From Guillardia theta CCMP2712 (taxonomy: Eukaryota > Protista > Cryptophyta): a stretch of 64,000 nt of DNA. Both the position numbers and the translations under genes were made by a program. Location of the stretch: positions 3,835 to 67,834 of the forward strand of contig NW_005434457.1 in assembly GCF_000315625.1 (NCBI RefSeq). The letters are read 5' to 3'. The notes under the pieces are model-generated. The model was not told the DNA's origin. It saw only the letters and a program-made list of their open reading frames with translations, and did not search any database. Positions 59,856 to 64,000 of this stretch are shown piece by piece. Each line of letters opens with the position of its first letter. Position 1 is the stretch's first letter.

Positions 59856-61807
59856 ATGGAATTTGCAAGTGTTTCACTATGTTGTGCATTTCTACTTTCT
59901 GTCATTGTCTTGTTTAGCTCCGTTCTCGTGTGGATTATGCTATGACGCGATAATTTCAGGAGGGCAAGGTTTTGTCTACTCTGGACAGATCGAGAAAGGG
60001 CAGATGCATGGCAAGGGAACACTTGTCTACCCTAATGGTTATTCCTCCTCCTCTCTTCTTCTTTCTCTTCCCTCCCCTTCTCCCTTCCTCTTCCTTCTCA
60101 AGCACTGCAGTAGTAGGAGAAGGCATCGTACTCTGCAGCTGCATCTTTTCCTTTTGCTTGCTGGGGCGTGTTCTCCTTCCTTCGCCTTTCTGTCCTGCTG
60201 TCGACGAGGCTGCTGGCTGACTTGCTGTCCTCTAGGCGAGAAGTACGAAGGAGACTGGCAATGGGGCAAGCGCCATGGCTTCGGGCGAATGCTCTTCCCT
60301 GATGGGTCGCGATACACAGGAGACTGGGTGGACGATCGGTGAGAGGAGGAGGAAGAGGGAGCGGGGAGAAGAGGTGATGTAGGAGCAGCGTGCATGGTCA
60401 AGGAGAGCACATCTATGCCAACGGGAATCGATACAAGGGAGAGTGGGTGGACGGGAGCATCACTGGAGTTGGCGTCTTGACCTTCGCTGTGCGTCTTGTT
60501 GCGCTCAGGGAGAAGACTTCTTACTTCTTGACAGGACGGCGAGAGGTACGAGGGCGAGCTGCGAGATGGCCGCATGCAGGTGCTGGAGGAAGGAGTCCTC
60601 GACCTCGTTGCTGACGGGTACTAGGGACGCGGCACGTACGTCTACGTGAACGGAGATCGGTATGAGGGAGAGTGGAAGGACGACAGGAGGCACGGCCAGG
60701 TAAGACGAGGAGCGGTGAGAGTCACAGCTGAAGACGGCGGCGGATAGGGAACGGTCGTGTACATGTCGGCTGAGGGCAAGGTGGTGGAGAAGTACGAAGG
60801 ATCTTGGAACATGGGCAAGATGCACGGGTGAAGGGAGGAGGGAGGGAGGGAACGTGCGTTGAGGAGTAAGGCAGGTGGGGTAAGTATCTCTACGCCGACG
60901 GTGGAGTCTATGAAGGAGAGTGGGTGGACGGAAAGATGCATGGAAGGGGAACATACGTGTTTGCCAACAAGAACAGGTCGATTCCTGAACCCTCCCTCCA
61001 TATCTTCCTTTTATATCATCACTATCCCCTCCTCACTCCTCGCTCCTCGCTCCTCGCACCTCCTCCATCGCAACCATTCGTGGCTGTATCTTGTTCACTC
61101 TCCCTCCATCCTGCACGGCTTCCTCCCTCGTCTTGCAACAGCTTCTGACGTCTTGTGGTCATCTTTCGCGGCAGGTACGAGGGCGAGTGGGTGGCAGACG
61201 TCAAGGAGGGATACGGAGTTCTCATCTATGTCAATGGCGAGAAGTACGAAGGCTCCTGGAAGAATGACAAGGTGAATCCTCCCCCTACCCCTCCCATTCT
61301 TCGTCCTACTCCTACTCCTACTCCTCCTCCTCCTCCTCCTCCTCCTCCAACTCTCCTCCTCCTCCTCCTCCAACTCTCCTCCTCCTCCTCCTCCTCCTCC
61401 AACTCTCCTCCTCCTCCTCCTCCTCCAACTCTCCTCCTCCTCCAACTCTCCTCCTCCTCCTTCTCCTCCTTGTCTTGTCCTCTCCTCATGCTGCGTCAAG
61501 ATCGTGGGTCCCTGGAGGAAAGGCCTTATTGCAGGCCCTGTCGACTTCACTATCAACGGGCAGGTACGCTCCTCCTCCTCCGTTCCTCCCTCCCTCGAAT
61601 CTTCTTGACTCCTCCTCCCCTCCTCTCTCCCTCCTTCCGCTCCCCTCCTCCTTCCTATCCACTCCGTTTGCCCCCCCTCCCTCCCCCTTCTCCTCCCTTG
61701 TATCTTCTCCCCTCCTCTCTCCCTCGCACATGCTTGTCGTCTCCTCTGCCTCTCTTCCTTCTCTGACGAGCCTCCTGCAGTCGCCCTGGAGCAACCCCGA
61801 GCTGTGA
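59856..61807 (+). CDS. MORN1: All-MORN-repeat protein, orthologue-like of apicomplexan/kinetoplastid MORN1
   Basis: [21 protein letters not shown]|[16 protein letters not shown]...[20 protein letters not shown]...[24 protein letters not shown]...[23 protein letters not shown]|IVGPWRKG...|SPWSNPEL*. The VVEKYEG insertion and SPW-x-x-x-L tail match my recollection of Toxoplasma MORN1. Start tentative. Confidence 0.85.
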
Positions 61808-62079
61808 GGCGAGCAAGAGAAAAAAGGAGAAAATTTGAAAATTTGAAAAATTTTCTTCTCCTCAAATCACGCCCAGGCCTCCGTTCCTTCACCTCGTTAA
61901 CTACACACAGACAATAAAGCAGTAGATTACTTCCTCTTCCTCCTGCTCTTCCTCCTCCTCCTCCTCCTCCTCCTCCTCCTCTCCCCTCCTCCTCTGCCTC
62001 CTCCTGCACCTTCAGCTGCTACTGCTTCTCCTCCTCTTGCTGCCCCCCCGACCACCACCTCGCCTCCTCTTTCTCCTCC

Positions 62080-62454
62080 TCATCGCTCAGCTGCAGTGGC
62101 GGCTATCACAGCAGCTCCCACTCCCGATCCATCCTCGCTGAGCTGCGGGGGGTCAGACCATCGACCAGTAAGCGGCAGGGTGACCTCGAGCACAACCTTG
62201 TTGCCATCCTCTCCCAGCAGCTCCTGCCCGAACTGAGATGAGCAGAGGAAGAAGAGAAGAACGCGTGCCGAGCAAAGGGGGGAAACGAGCAAGATGGGGA
62301 GCAAGAAGCAGCAGCAGCAGCAGCAGGGGGAGCAAGACGAGCAGCACCAGCAGCAGGGGGAGTAGCAGGGCCAGCACCAGCACCACCACTATTAGCAGCA
62401 GCAGCAGTGGGAGGAGGAGGAGGTGGTGGTGGTGGTGGTGGTGGAGGAGGAGGA

Positions 62455-62498
<44 letters not shown>

Positions 62499-63647
62499 AG
62501 AAGAAGCAGGAACCTCTAGAGTGAGTGATATTCTCTCTTTGAAACGAGTGTAGAGCTTGAAGATGCTGCCGTCAATGCCAACGACTGAAAGAAATGAGGA
62601 GACGAAGACTTGGGAGGAGAGGGAAAGAGGGGGGGGGGGAGGAGACAGGTTAAGGATCAGGGAGAGAGAGGAAAGGAGAAGCAGAGGAGGAGGGAGGAGC
62701 GGAAAGCAAAGGCTGGTGGATGAGGGGGAGGGGAGGGGAGGGTGCGACCGATTTCTTGGCCCACGAGCTTCATGTGCTTGACGATGGCGGCAAGGAGACA
62801 ACCACTGACTGTCGCAGCGCGAGAAGAAACCTGGAGGGAGAAGAGGAAGAGGAAGAGGAAGAGGAGGGGGGGACGAAAAGAGAAAGAGGGAGAGAAGGAT
62901 GTAAGGAAAAGCAGGAGAAAGGGACGGAAGAGACGAGGAGGGAGGTGGAGGAGTGAAGAATGTCAGGAGGGTGCAATAGAAGCACAAGAGCTGCGACTAC
63001 CTCACTGCAGATCTCGAGTATCAGCTGGGCAGCAGGTGGAGAGACTTGAACTTTGAGCTCCTCCTGGAGCAGCTGCTGGAGGTCTGCCGGGCTGGAGGAA
63101 AGTGAGAGAGGAAGGAAGAGGAAGACGACGAGAGAAGTGAACCAAGGAGAGAGAGAAGGAGAGAGAGGAGAGGTGCAGCAGCAGCAGCAGCAGCAGTAGG
63201 AAAGGAGGAGGAGGAGAAGGAGGAGGAGGAGGAGGAGGAGGAAGACGAGAGAAAGGACGAAGACTAGGAATGAGGAGCAGTGAAAATCGGTTAACCTGCT
63301 GGCTGCCTCGATCTTAGACGCGAGGGAGGAGGTGAAGGCTTGACGGAGTTGCTCCGACGAGAGAGGGAGAGAGAGCTCCTTGGCGGCTGCAGCAAGTGAG
63401 AGAAGGAGAGGAGAGGAGAGGAGACTCGAGAACAGTGAAGTGAAAGAGAAGCAAGTGACAAAAGCAGGAAGAGGAGGGAACAAGGAGGAGGTGGAAGCAG
63501 GGAGTAGGGAAAGGCAGGGGAAGGATCTTCGCACCGATGGCTGACTCAAGCATTCTTGCACAGAGGTCGCCGAGGTACCTGAAGAGAAAATGAGAAGAAG
63601 GCGAAAACAAGGAGGAGCAGGAGCAGAAGGACGAGGAGAAGGATGAG

Positions 63648-63681
<34 letters not shown>

Positions 63682-63940
63682 GCAACAAGAGGAGGAGGAG
63701 GAGAAGGAGAAGGAGAAGGATGTTCGTCTCACATCCCGCCGATCAACTTCTCTAGACGCTGCTGTCCCTTATTGAGCGAGTCAGCGTCAAGCTGCTCGTC
63801 CCTGCCGCTGATTGTCAAAGAAGGAAAACAGACACGTGCAGAAAAGGACGTGAAGCAGGAACAGGAATAAGAGCAGGAGCAGAAGGACGAGAACAAGGAC
63901 GAGGATAAAGCAGTGTTCTTGGAAGGGGTTGGAGGAGGAG
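62080..63940 (-). CDS. HXK: Hexokinase, 3' portion (5' part outside window)
   Basis: DEQLDADSLNKGQQRLEKLIGGM|YLGDL, VVGIDGSIFKLYTRFKERI, LSEDGSGVGAAVIAA; exons separated by microsatellite-rich introns. Confidence 0.88.
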
Positions 63941-64000
63941 CGCGAGGGAAGGGGAGTTCGGAGGGGAGAGGGAGAGAGACAGAGACAGTGACAGAGAGAA

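Noticed and set aside
61095-63732. Long low-complexity ORFs (304, 293, 320 aa)
   Set aside because: Read-through of microsatellite-rich introns of the MORN1 and hexokinase genes; only short embedded exons are real.

Overview
Gene-dense, intron-rich eukaryotic nuclear DNA. It has many ~40-60 nt introns, microsatellite-filled introns and three 100-N gaps; the style is consistent with a cryptophyte alga such as Guillardia theta (inference, not searched). Genes in order: the 3' end of a coiled-coil gene, a TM/collagen-like/WW protein, a bHLH-TPR fusion, tRNA-Gln(TTG), an RWP-RK transcription factor, a double-ABM (IsdG-like) protein, a multi-CCHC zinc-knuckle protein, a ~12 kb cadherin-like multi-pass membrane protein, a RING-TPR-DnaJ co-chaperone, a METTL21-type methyltransferase, a GT49 (LARGE/B4GAT1-like) glycosyltransferase, condensin II CAP-H2, SmE, MORN1 and the 3' part of hexokinase. 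The most striking observation is at 40.9-51.5 kb: seven dispersed copies of a tiny gene. Each has a hypervariable N-terminus joined to a near-invariant 44-codon C-terminal cassette (YVEPSKDKKLSALRDSIALIRSNARVVSAVGEWMELGAGSLNEL), and most share upstream motifs and a candidate 5'UTR intron. The copies lie beside the methyltransferase and surround the glycosyltransferase, together with a Tourist-like MITE; a perfect 42-bp inverted repeat lies just downstream. Exon models were assembled by eye and are approximate.
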